In this document: positions 1 through 10,726 of the stretch, one piece after another
Layout: each line of letters begins with the position of its first letter
Position numbering within the stretch: the first letter of the stretch is position 1
Assembly: GCF_001194135.2 (NCBI RefSeq)
Contig: NC_068993.1
Coordinates: 57,914,767-57,947,155 of the forward strand
Length of the DNA: 32,389 nt
DNA from: Octopus bimaculoides
Lineage: Eukaryota
Reading direction: 5' to 3'
The notes under the pieces: model-generated
Told to the model about the DNA's origin: nothing
What the model saw: the letters and a program-made list of their open reading frames with translations, nothing else
Database searches by the model: none
Position numbers and translations under genes: made by a program

Positions 1-71
1 ATATATATATGCACACACACATACACACATACACACACACAAATGCACACCCACACGCACGCACACGCACG

Positions 72-125
72 CTTGTTTCAGCCTGAAAGTTTGCCCATGC
101 TGGGGCACCGCTACAATTTTATCGA
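72..125 (-). mobile_element. 3' tail fragment of tRNA-derived SINE (family B in this report)
   Basis: cttgtttcagcc...ccatgctggggcaccgc is the reverse complement of the tail of the + strand copy near 13780-13820 (ggtgccccagtattgccacagtccaatgacggaaacaag). Confidence 0.5.
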
Positions 126-979
126 TGGGCTGAGCAAATTGTGGTTCCTCAGCGAAGCCAGACTTTGAGACGCAGACTTCACTATGTTAAGGAATTATAA
201 TCGCCAGCAAAGCTCTTTAGTAATAGTGAAGTCTAGCATTTGAAGAGGCCGGTTGGATTTCCTTTGAGTGCTGCTCACATTTAAGGCGTGGGGGAGCTTC
301 AGTTATTTCCAGTTATTTACAATACTTATTCATTACCGCGTTTGGCTTTGAATGAGACTAGATCGATTCGATCACAATGTAGATTGCTTTTCAATATCTC
401 ACTTTGCAGATTCTTGAATAATTTCTGATACGAAATCTTGTAGCAAGCAGAGACACAATACAATTTCGCTTGACTTCGACTTTGTGGTCAAGAGTGCTTG
501 TGATATTGTATAGGTTATTTAAGAAGGTATTTTTCCAATAAATCATTTCATCTGTATTAGCCTGATGGATTGATGTAGATTATTTCCGATATTTCACTTT
601 TTCTTTCCTCCCACGGAAAAGATTATATAATTTTGCTTGGCTTTGTGAACTGAAAATGTTTCTTTTCACTCCCTGTATAAAAAAAAAAAGAGAGCCGCTG
701 TCCTTTGCCCATTTCCTAAAACAAGACCCGCATCTGGCAATGGTGACCTTGATGAAATAAACTCAGCCTCGACCAATGAGGAAAGTTATAGAATATTTTC
801 CATATAAATACATTTGGATGTTGGTAGGTGATGTGATGTAGATATTCGATAGTAGTCGTAGCCGTAACATACACATATATACATACATAAATACATACAT
901 ACATACATACATACAAAATCCAACGTCGAAAAACAGTGACAAAAGCAGTGTGCATATTTATATACAAACTTATATACGC

Positions 980-1014
<35 letters not shown>

Positions 1015-1979
1015 NNNNNNNNNNNNNNNNNNNNNNNNNNNNNNNNNNNNNNNNNNNNNNNNNNNNNNNNNNNNNNNNNNNNNNNNNNNNNNNNNNNNNN
1101 NNNNNNNNNNNNNNNNNNNNNNNNNNNNNNNNNNNNNNNNNNNNNNNNNNNNNNNNNNNNNNNNNNNNNNNNNNNNNNNNNNNNNNNNNNNNNNNNNNNN
1201 NNNNNNNNNNNNNNNNNNNNNNNNNNNNNNNNNNNNNNNNNNNNNNNNNNNNNNNNNNNNNNNNNNNNNNNNNNNNNNNNNNNNNNNNNNNNNNNNNNNN
1301 NNNNNNNNNNNNNNNNNNNNNNNNNNNNNNNNNNNNNNNNNNNNNNNNNNNNNNNNNNNNNNNNNNNNNNNNNNNNNNNNNNNNNNNNNNNNNNNNNNNN
1401 NNNNNNNNNNNNNNNNNNNNNNNNNNNNNNNNNNNNNNNNNNNNNNNNNNNNNNNNNNNNNNNNNNNNNNNNNNNNNNNNNNNNNNNNNNNNNNNNNNNN
1501 NNNNNNNNNNNNNNNNNNNNNNNNNNNNNNNNNNNNNNNNNNNNNNNNNNNNNNNNNNNNNNNNNNNNNNNNNNNNNNNNNNNNNNNNNNNNNNNNNNNN
1601 NNNNNNNNNNNNNNNNNNNNNNNNNNNNNNNNNNNNNNNNNNNNNNNNNNNNNNNNNNNNNNNNNNNNNNNNNNNNNNNNNNNNNNNNNNNNNNNNNNNN
1701 NNNNNNNNNNNNNNNNNNNNNNNNNNNNNNNNNNNNNNNNNNNNNNNNNNNNNNNNNNNNNNNNNNNNNNNNNNNNNNNNNNNNNNNNNNNNNNNNNNNN
1801 NNNNNNNNNNNNNNNNNNNNNNNNNNNNNNNNNNNNNNNNNNNNNNNNNNNNNNNNNNNNNNNNNNNNNNNNNNNNNNNNNNNNNNNNNNNNNNNNNNNN
1901 NNNNNNNNNNNNNNNNNNNNNNNNNNNNNNNNNNNNNNNNNNNNNNNNNNNNNNNNNNNNNNNNNNNNNNNNNNNNNNN
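1015..1979. other. Assembly gap (965 N) flanked by (TA)n
   Basis: Run of N in sequence. Confidence 0.99.
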
Positions 1980-2489
1980 TATATATATATATATATGTAT
2001 ATATATTTATTCATTTATTTATTCATTTATTGCACATACTACTTCGCATTTTATTTAGTGACGCAATTGGAGGCACTCTAGCGGCACACGAAGAGTAGGC
2101 TTAGAATAAATGTGTTACTACTCTATGCATAACACTACCTTTTTCGCTTAATTGCAATTTACACCTGTATGATCCCATTATCATCTCTTTCGATCTCACC
2201 TTCTCTCTCTCTCTCTACTTCTCCCTATTGCATTGTGCATGCATATATGCAAGGCTGTGAATTTGTGTTTGTGTTTGTCTGTGTGTATATGTGTGAGGGT
2301 GTTTTTTGCAATACGTTCTTTGATGTTTAGGATTTACCACTGCCTTATGTAAAATTTCATTAAACGTTAGCTTTGTCCAACTATAGAGCTCTTTGTTAAT
2401 TCCTTCGTTGTTAAATCGTATGTACAAAGACACACTAACACATATATATATTAATAATAATAATAAATGATATTCCTTTTTTTTTAGAC

Positions 2490-2614
2490 AGAAGGGCCAG
2501 GGTTTTACTAATACTTTTTTCCCGACCCCGCGAGGTGAAAGGCATAGTCGACCTCGGCGGATTTTAAACTCTAAGCATTTCCGCTAAGCATTTCGCCCTG
2601 CGTGCTAGCGATTC
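2490..2614 (-). mobile_element. tRNA-derived SINE, family A, partial and internally rearranged
   Basis: gaaaggcatagtcgacctcggcggattttaaactc...gctaagcatttcgccctgcgtgctagcg matches copies at 12450-12657 and 26909-27121. Confidence 0.75.
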
Positions 2615-2757
2615 TTTTCTTTTCTACTCTAGGCACAAGGCCCGAAATTTTGGGGGAAGGGGCCAGTCGATTAGATCGATCCTAGTACGCAACTGGTACT
2701 TAATTTCCTGACCCCAAAAGGATGTAAGGCAAAGTTGACCTCGGCAAAGTTGGAACC
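2615..2757 (-). mobile_element. tRNA-derived SINE, family A, 3' half
   Basis: ctactctaggcacaaggcccgaaatttt...gattagatcga...gtacgcaactggtac...ggcaaagttgacctcggc aligns with the 12450-12657 copy. Confidence 0.85.
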
Positions 2758-3189
2758 GAGGCGAATATCGTTGCAGGAGTCAATCGCGAGAACAAGAGAT
2801 GAGCTTCTCTATGGTTGCGGTTTGTCAATGCTTTGCGACCATTTGCCACTTGCTAAGAAGAAATTCATGTTTCAGTATATGTATGAAGGAAAAACTGAAC
2901 AATACACGCACTTGTCTTCCAGGAAATTTACCATTTCAACAAATAACAAACTGCTGCACGACATAGAAACTCCGCTAAAACGGCGAACCGTGTCTGTCAT
3001 GTGTCACTGTGGCGATGATATTTGCCTCGCTTCGACAAGTATTGTGTCTGTAGTACACAATATATCTATGAAATGAGGTTTCTCTCAGGCAAAAATCTCA
3101 GCATCAATCCTTCCGACCGTGTATATACAATTAGTATGATACACTCATATCAGTTTTGGTATATTGCTATTTCAATTGCTGTCACTTAG

Positions 3190-3320
3190 GTGTGCGTATG
3201 TGTGTGTGTGTGCCTGTGAGTGTGTGCCTGAGTGTGTTCGCGCTTGTGTGTTTGTGTGCCTGTTTTTGTGCACGCGTGTACGTACGTACACGTATATATA
3301 CATATGTGTGATTGTACGTA

Positions 3321-3406
<86 letters not shown>

Positions 3407-3553
3407 CGTGTGTGTGTGTATGTGTGTGTGTGTGCGTGTGTGTGTATTATGTATTTATGTATGCATGTATGTATATGAAAACAAAATATGTACATGAGGG
3501 ATTGCATGTGTGTATTTAAATAGACATGTATATCACTAAATGTATATATTTGC

Positions 3554-3604
<51 letters not shown>

Positions 3605-3660
3605 AAACTACATACATCATAATATATACCTGGAGTATACATACATACATACATATGTGT
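3190..3660. repeat. Compound (TG)n/(TA)n/(TACA)n microsatellite block
   Basis: Long pure (TA)n at about 3328-3401 and (TG)n at about 3557-3601; the ORFs here are YIYI/CVCV/THTH translations. Confidence 0.97.
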
Positions 3661-4689
3661 ACATGTGTGCGCCGCTGCCTGCGTGTTTAGCTTTTCATAA
3701 GATTCAAATCTATCTGTGAAACGGTTGAGTGTCGATCAATCTCACTTAGTCTTACATTATTAAGGGTATTGCAGAGATGCTGAGAAGAAGAATAACTAAT
3801 TTCCCGGAGAGCAACAAACTCCTTAAACTTAACTGCTGCAGCAGAGACAGAAGCTTAGCACAGCTTGTGTCCAACATTAATGGTATTTTAAATGTTTTGA
3901 GTTATGCCAGATATTTTGTCTTTAGCAAAAATTTCGAATCAGTCCTCTGTAGCATTCTTGGAAAATTTCACATCGTCATCTGGGGAAAGCAACCTTCTGG
4001 AACCTACTTGAGCCCAGTAAATATTAATGTTTGAGTTTTGCCTGCCTTGGCACTGGGCACATTTACGTGTGTATATGTGTGTATATACGTTTAAACGCAT
4101 GAATGTTTTTTTTTTGTGTGTTTCCTTTCAGAATCGTTTTCACGTCCACTCATCCAAGCTTGCATTGGCCAAAGTGAATGTGTTGAGGGAGATTTTCTGC
4201 AGCCGGAATTCCTTCCTGTTACCAGCTTCCAACTTCCTCTTGTTTTACAGCAAGATAATATTTGCAAATGCACGAATATGCTTTTTTATGGAAGATTGGA
4301 AAAGTACGGCACCGTTTATATGATAATGACACTCGTTGAGAGCGATCACAAGATCTGGAGATTTCAAGGAGTGAAAAACACGCACACACACCTTAAACAC
4401 ACAGGCACACAGACAAATACACACAGACACACACACGCACACCTTAAACACACATTCACGCAAACACGCATGCACACACACATAAACACAACATATAGGT
4501 TTGCATGATGAATGAATATATGTTACGATCTTTCAGTTTTCGTACACCACATCTACGTTCAAAGCTTGATCTGCTTGAAGCTATACTGAAAGGCCAAGGC
4601 GCTACACACTGGAATTGAACACAAAACTCCGCGACTGAGAAACAAATTTCTTAGCACCACAGTTATACATACACAATCAAGTGTATCTG

Positions 4690-4907
4690 TACGAGGTGAT
4701 GCCGAAAGTTCCTGGCTTTGGATAAACAAATACAGGATGATCATTTAATTATTATTTTATTCAGCATATTCCCCTCAATAATTCACATACTTATTGCAGC
4801 GGTCCTTCAGCTTTTCTAAACCCTACAAAAGAACTTGGAAGTTTGGACCTCCAGCCAGGCCATTCGCGATAGCCTTAAAGCCAAGATTTTTTTAACATCC
4901 TCTCGTA
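4690..4907 (-). mobile_element. Mariner-derived MITE (internally deleted Tc1/mariner element) with TA ends
   Basis: Imperfect TIRs: left TACGAGGTGATGCCGAAAGTTCCTGGCTTT; right end reads TACGAGAGGATGTTAAAAAAATCTTGGCTTT on the - strand. The interior on - translates GLEKLKDRCNKYVNY*GEYAE*, resembling a mariner transposase C-terminus. Confidence 0.85.
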
Positions 4908-5099
4908 TGTTTATATGTGGATAATATAGTTCTACATATAGGTGCCATGTTTTTAGTATATGTAGGCTCTGTTTGCTAGATAAAACAGCCGGTATTTTTT
5001 TTGAAATGCCACGCAACTGTCCTAAAACTGATGAGTACAATAAATGATATAGTCTTACATAATGACTGTTTTATAGCCCATACCAGCTCAGTCAGGTAG

Positions 5100-5227
5100 A
5101 AAAAAAACAATCAAATTCACTTTAAATGAGACGGTACCTGCCTAGAAAGTAAGAACTCGTTGAATTAGTGAAGTTCTAGATACAGCACTTCGTGATGGTC
5201 ACAGCTGAACCGTTTTCGATCATCTGC
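5100..5227 (+). mobile_element. Decayed SINE-like repeat fragment (family D)
   Basis: Shares cgtgatggtcacagctgaa (5191-5209) with cgtgattgtcacagctgaa (5535-5553), 18/19 identical; recalled as a tail segment of a common octopus repeat. Confidence 0.4.
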
Positions 5228-5499
5228 CTCATTACTTTTGTTTGGAATGGACACACATTCAACATCAGCAAAATATCATTAGAAGTCAACGAGGAACCTT
5301 CTACTTGATCTCAGCCAAATTTCAGTTATCTAACGTTCAAGTTTTAAGAGAGAAAGCAAGAATTTGTATGCGGTCCAACATTAATATGGCCGTCATTCTT
5401 TTCTTTACTTTTTGACGGTGATGTGTTATTTGAGAAAAATGTCACAGTTTTTAGGTTGAGTTAACACGGCATTAACAGCTGCTTTATTCTATTGTCGAT

Positions 5500-5575
5500 G
5501 AGTCATCTAATGTGTTCTGCACACGGGGGAAAGGCGTGATTGTCACAGCTGAAACATGTTTTGGTTAAAGGTCTA
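5500..5575 (+). mobile_element. Second decayed family D fragment
   Basis: 19-bp near-identical motif shared with 5191-5209. Confidence 0.35.
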
Positions 5576-5717
5576 CATTTTCAGTATTGATCTGGGATAA
5601 AAAAAAAATACAGTAACAATACAAACAATATTGTTACGTATACCACATCACACCTGTACTGGTGCAGTAACCTGCCTGCCAGCTCGCCGCATTCTGTAGT
5701 ATTAATACTGATTTCAA

Positions 5718-6290
5718 ATTGTGGCACAATGCCAGCAATTACGGTGCGGGTTGGAATTAGGGAATTACATCGATCCCAGTATTCAATTGGTGGCTCTCCG
5801 TCGGTTGCGAAGAAGAGGGCGCCAGTTGATCTGATCAAGGGAACAGCTTGCTCATAAAATTAACGTGCAAGTGGCTGAGCACTCCACAGACACGTGTACC
5901 CTTAACGTAGTTCTCGGAGAGATTCAGCGTGACACAGAGTGTGACAAGGCTGGCCCTTTGAAATACAGGTGCAACAAAAACAGGAAGAAAGAGTGAGAGA
6001 AAGTTGTGGTGAAAGAGTACAGGAGGGTTCACAACACCACCCCTACCGCAGCCACGTGGAACTTTAGGTGTTTTCGCTCAATAAACACTGACAACGCCAG
6101 GTCTTGCGAATCGAAACCGCGATCCCACGACTGCGAGTCCACTGCCCTACCCACTGGGCGATTGCGCCACCACAATTCAACTAGTACTTATTTTATCGAC
6201 TCTGATAGGTTGAAAGCCACAGTCAACCCAGATGGCATTTGAAATCAGAAGCTGAAGACGAAATGCCGTTAAGCATTTTGCCTCGGGCCT
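5718..6290 (-). mobile_element. Family A SINE split in two by a nested insertion
   Basis: 5718-5786 (aaattgtggcacaatgcc...catcgatcccagtattcaa) continues at 6175-6290 (attcaactagtacttattttatcgac...gttaagcattttgcc), colinear with the intact copy at 26909-27121. Confidence 0.8.
5787..6174 (-). mobile_element. Near full-length tRNA-derived SINE (family C) with ATTCAA target-site duplication
   Basis: The - strand head has A-box-like TCGCCCAGTGG and B-box-like GGTTTCGATTC. Its 3' part matches the + strand copy at 16195-16305. ATTCAA occurs at 5781-5786 and 6175-6180. Confidence 0.85.
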
Positions 6291-6688
6291 TATCAAGACT
6301 TAATATTAAAAAAATGAATGCATTTTACCATTAGTTCAACAAAAGCAAAATGGCCGAATGGACACGGTTGGAGCGGCTTTTTTTATCGTAGAACTACATC
6401 GGGCTCACTTCACTCTGAAGATCACAAAATTGGAAAGATCATGAACAATGTTTCTTTATTTATTCAGAAGACATCTGATTAACCGTAAATCACTAATATT
6501 TCGTGTCTAAAGTAAATCTCTGAAGACCTCCAGCCGACCGTCCAACCAACAAACACAAACACTACTAAACCGCCAAGTGGCCATAGTCCAACCGATACTA
6601 TTTTTCTACCTCGTTAGCGATCCACGAATCACCAATCACATTTTCACTGGCAAATATCGATATATCGACTGATAGCCGCTTATTTTCC

Positions 6689-6690
<2 letters not shown>

Positions 6691-6744
<54 letters not shown>
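6691..6744. repeat. (TTA)n microsatellite
   Basis: Pure trinucleotide run. Confidence 0.98.
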
Positions 6745-6746
<2 letters not shown>

Positions 6747-6917
6747 ATTATTCCCTTCTTTGTGTTATTCTATGCGTGCGATTATTCATTAAGTATTTGT
6801 GTTTCTATGTTTGTGTGTGTGTGTATATATATAAATATATATATATGTGTGTGTGTGTTCGTGTGTGTGTGCATATATGTGTGTGTGTGTGCGTGTCTGT
6901 ATATATATATATATATA

Positions 6918-7312
6918 NNNNNNNNNNNNNNNNNNNNNNNNNNNNNNNNNNNNNNNNNNNNNNNNNNNNNNNNNNNNNNNNNNNNNNNNNNNNNNNNNNN
7001 NNNNNNNNNNNNNNNNNNNNNNNNNNNNNNNNNNNNNNNNNNNNNNNNNNNNNNNNNNNNNNNNNNNNNNNNNNNNNNNNNNNNNNNNNNNNNNNNNNNN
7101 NNNNNNNNNNNNNNNNNNNNNNNNNNNNNNNNNNNNNNNNNNNNNNNNNNNNNNNNNNNNNNNNNNNNNNNNNNNNNNNNNNNNNNNNNNNNNNNNNNNN
7201 NNNNNNNNNNNNNNNNNNNNNNNNNNNNNNNNNNNNNNNNNNNNNNNNNNNNNNNNNNNNNNNNNNNNNNNNNNNNNNNNNNNNNNNNNNNNNNNNNNNN
7301 NNNNNNNNNNNN
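6918..7312. other. Assembly gap (395 N)
   Basis: Run of N. Confidence 0.99.
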
Positions 7313-7570
7313 CACCACCACAACCACCACCGCCTTCATTACCGCCACCGCCACCAACACCACCTCTACCGCCGCCACCGCCAACGCCATTACCACCACC
7401 GTCTACACCACTGTCGTCATCATCCTTACTATATCATCATCATCATCATCATCATATCCAAAATCATCAACATCATCATCATCATCATCATCATGGTCGT
7501 CTTCGCCGTCGTCATCATCATCATCATTATCATCATCGTCGTCACCAGCGTTACCGTCGTCGTAGTCTCC
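7313..7570. repeat. Compound (CAC/CGC)n-(CAT)n-(CGT)n trinucleotide repeat
   Basis: Direct inspection; source of the poly-T/P/H/D/M ORFs. Confidence 0.95.
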
Positions 7571-7715
7571 GCAGTCCGTCGCCGTCTTCTCATGCACAAA
7601 GTAGTTGGAGACGAGAATTTTGATGAGATTACCAAGATTTGTTTTATATCCTGTATTAAACTACTTAAACAGAGATCAATAAATCGTTCTGTTTATAGTC
7701 CTGGCCAGAATCTAA

Positions 7716-7820
7716 TAACAACAAATAGAACAACAAAAGGAACAACAACAACAATAACAACAACAACAACAACAACAATAATAATAATAATAATAATGAT
7801 AACAATCATGATGATAATGA
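7716..7820. repeat. Compound (CAA)n-(TAA)n-(TGA)n repeat
   Basis: Direct inspection. Confidence 0.92.
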
Positions 7821-7841
7821 TATTCATATAAGGAATATATA

Positions 7842-7879
<38 letters not shown>

Positions 7880-8124
7880 NNNNNNNNNNNNNNNNNNNNN
7901 NNNNNNNNNNNNNNNNNNNNNNNNNNNNNNNNNNNNNNNNNNNNNNNNNNNNNNNNNNNNNNNNNNNNNNNNNNNNNNNNNNNNNNNNNNNNNNNNNNNN
8001 NNNNNNNNNNNNNNNNNNNNNNNNNNNNNNNNNNNNNNNNNNNNNNNNNNNNNNNNNNNNNNNNNNNNNNNNNNNNNNNNNNNNNNNNNNNNNNNNNNNN
8101 NNNNNNNNNNNNNNNNNNNNNNNN
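7880..8124. other. Assembly gap (245 N)
   Basis: Run of N. Confidence 0.99.
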
Positions 8125-8619
8125 TATATAATGAAATAGCGTAATGTAATCTTGTCTAATCTAAAATGGTTGTAATAAATTATATTACAACATAATATAA
8201 TATAATGTGATATCATATAAAATAATATAACGCGATATAATGTTTATATATATATATGTATATCTGTATGTTATATTATAATATAATTTTATATATAATT
8301 TAATACAAGATGCCATAAATATAATGTAATGTGCAATATTAATATATATAATTAATATACGTAATAAATATTATATGCTACAGTATTTAATAGAATAATA
8401 TGTATATCGTAATATAAATAACACTGTGTAACAATTTGCATTTTGTTTTTAGACTTGTCTTTGTTCAGTAAATGTTATTTCCTATTTGCGTCTACCTAGA
8501 AATGAAAAAAATTACTACTATCCCCTTCAAACGTTGCTTTTGTGAGCTGAACAATGTTTCGAAACTGACCTATTTTCCATTACATTTCAGACACATTCAG
8601 TGCTGAGCCGCTGAAACAG

Positions 8620-8785
8620 AAATATCGTTATAGCAAATATTCTGCTCCATGCAATAGATTTGCTTGTCAGTTGTTTAACCATAGCCACTTGAGTACTCTC
8701 CATTAGTGAATGACAACATGTGCATCTCTGATCATGAGCAGGAGTAGTGGGGGATCATCATAGCCGTGTGCCGAGAGGGCTACAC
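8620..8785 (+). mobile_element. SINE-like repeat body fragment (probably family D)
   Basis: ttgcttgtcagttgtttaacc...tgtgcatctctgatcatgagcaggagtagtggggg-atcatcatagcc recalled as an abundant octopus repeat segment; no second copy of this segment in the window. Confidence 0.45.
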
Positions 8786-8984
8786 AGGGGTTTCAATAAA
8801 TGTAACAAAAGAAAAATTTGAAGGAAACATTAGCCATATTTCATATTTGCTATAGGTAAACAAATACGAAATAACAATTGCTGTTATATACTGTAATATA
8901 TTACACTTTCCCATGTATATAAAAGTCATAAACTTTCGATACGTGAGGGTTTTTCGATGTTGTGGTATCCAGTTGCAGGGCGGT

Positions 8985-9125
8985 AATTTACTTTATGGAT
9001 TCCAGAGCGATGAAAGGCAAAGATGACCATGCTGGAATCTGAATCCAGAATGTAATATGCCATCACGAAAGCAACGAAACATTTATTTTTCCCTAGCGCT
9101 CTGAAGATTCTGGCAGCTCGCCGCT
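8985..9125 (-). mobile_element. Old family A SINE copy
   Basis: gatgaaaggcaaagatgacc...gaatctgaatccagaatg...gattctggcagctcgccgc is colinear with other A copies. Confidence 0.7.
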
Positions 9126-9214
9126 TTATATCACAGAGAATGTGATTCTTATTCCTTACTGCTATGAGCAAAATGGCGGAAAGTTTGGAGGGTTGGCTGC
9201 TACTGCTCAGTTAC

Positions 9215-9345
9215 ACGGATCCCTGTGTTCGATGAGTATTTATTTTGTCCGTCACGAAAAGATAAAATACCAAATTGACCTCTGCTGAAAGTAAAGCTGG
9301 ATGAAATGCCGATCAGAATTTTGTCCGTCGTGCTAAAGATTCATT
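9215..9345 (-). mobile_element. Old family A SINE copy
   Basis: gagtatttattttgtccgtcacgaaaagataaaataccaaattgacc...aattttgtccgtcgtgctaaagattc. Confidence 0.6.
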
Positions 9346-9349
9346 TCTG

Positions 9350-9495
9350 CTCGAGGCACAAGGCCCGAAATTTTTGACCCTGAGAAAATGAAAGGCAAAG
9401 TCGACCTCGGCGGAATTTAAACTCAGAACATAAAGACAAATGAAATGACAATAAGGATTATGTCCGGCGTGCTAAAGATTTTACCAGATTGCCAG
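9350..9495 (-). mobile_element. Family A SINE copy with internal deletion
   Basis: aggcacaaggcccgaaatttt joins directly to tgaccctgagaaaatgaaaggcaaagtcgacctcggcggaatttaaactcagaac; about 55-60 nt present in the 2615 and 12450 copies is absent. Confidence 0.85.
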
Positions 9496-9499
9496 TGCA

Positions 9500-9622
9500 G
9501 TTGTGGAAAAATCTGACTCATAGTTGTGATATCGTGAGTTCGATTTTCATAACACTAGTGACGTTGAGCAAGGCTCTTTATTTCCTATACTGTGAGTTCG
9601 CTCCATTGAAAATGAGTACTTG
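9500..9622 (+). mobile_element. Degenerate tRNA-derived SINE head (family C-like)
   Basis: B-box-like gagttcgatt followed by ttgagcaaggctctttatttc...aaaatgagta, resembling the reverse complement of 18020-18090. Confidence 0.5.
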
Positions 9623-9676
9623 AGGGTGAGGTTAGTTAACTATATATATGAGGGTGAGGTTAGTTTACTATATATA
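9621..9676. repeat. 28-bp tandem duplication
   Basis: tgagggtgaggttagttaactatatata / tgagggtgaggttagtttactatatata, one mismatch. Confidence 0.95.
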
Positions 9677-10550
9677 TGTATATATATACACACATACGTA
9701 TGTGTGTATATGTATATATATATGTGTATTCTTTTCTGAATGGCAATCATCATATGCAAAATCAGCTAAAATATACCAAAAAATTTAACCAGTGATTAAT
9801 ACAAATGGTTGTGTACTAAAGATTTTATTGGTTCGAGGCATCAGCCTATTGACTATAGACAGATTTTATAAATATGGCTAATTGTTATTATGCATCAATT
9901 ATTTGGATTTATACGGAGTTACAAAAATATTTATCAAATTGGAAGATTATCACACATTACAAATGGCTGTATTTGAAAAATAATATTGGGTTGCCGTATC
10001 AAGACCTTTCTTCGAAATGGCTCGCTTCAAGATAGACTCTAGCCTAGGGCCTATAGACAGATATTTGTTTTTTGTTACACAAGGCGTTAAAATGGCGGAA
10101 TACTTCGATCCAAATGTTGAGCAAATTTCTCTAATTGTTACTTTTCTTCATATTAACTAACGGATTCACAACTAGTGACACACACACAATACACAATAAA
10201 AAAAAATACACTTGCTAACGAAATATGTTTTGAAATTACACATCTAAGATTTGTTGAAGAATATCACAGATGGGTTGAACGTGACAAGTCATGAAGCGTG
10301 TTGACTATGATTACGAAAATAAAGCAAAAACACAACTAAAATATAATAATAATGTGAAAATAAAAATATTGGTACCAAAAATTTTCCCAGTCAATATTTG
10401 TATATTCACGTGCTTGTCAACACATAAACAAATGATCTAACGAACAAATATTGACGTGTTGCTATGAATACATTAATGTAAATATCGGCAAGAATATAAA
10501 AATAGGGAAGGATGTGAATATAAAGACACCGAACAAAATCAGACTGCTTG

Positions 10551-10726
10551 TGATGATGATGATGATGATGATGATGATGACGACGACGACGACGATGATG
10601 ATGATGATGGTGGTGACAGTAATGATGATGGTGATGATGACATTGATGCTAATGATAATAATATCGACAATAAATATTTGTAACAATCATAATAATAGCT
10701 ATTTATTATTATTATTATTATTATTA
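10551..10726. repeat. (GAT/GAC)n and (TTA)n microsatellites
   Basis: Direct inspection. Confidence 0.95.

Noticed and set aside
2735-3076. 113-aa + strand ORF (MTSAKLEPRR...)
   Set aside because: It starts inside a SINE, has no recognisable motif or convincing splice sites, and a few ORFs of this length are expected by chance.
3777-4034. 85-aa ORF / possible exon MLRRRITNFPESNK...
   Set aside because: Weak acceptor and no recognisable homology.
4387-4454. cacaccttaaacacaca repeated twice
   Set aside because: Local duplication inside a CA-rich microsatellite; no further significance evident.
6100-6170. tRNA-like sequence with A and B boxes (also 13291-13380 and 21590-21653)
   Set aside because: These are SINE heads continuous with SINE bodies and lack a proper acceptor stem; they are not tRNA genes.
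8926-9171. Protein-looking 81-aa ORF on the - strand
   Set aside because: It is a translation of a decayed family A SINE.
9843-10062. AGCCTAnnnnCTATAGACAGAT repeated 198 bp apart
   Set aside because: No further similarity or element structure between or around the copies; could be chance or an old duplication.
6345-10100. YY1-like AAAATGGC(G/C)G motifs at about 6347, 9171 and 10089
   Set aside because: Short motifs with no CpG-island or promoter context; unsupported as regulatory sites.
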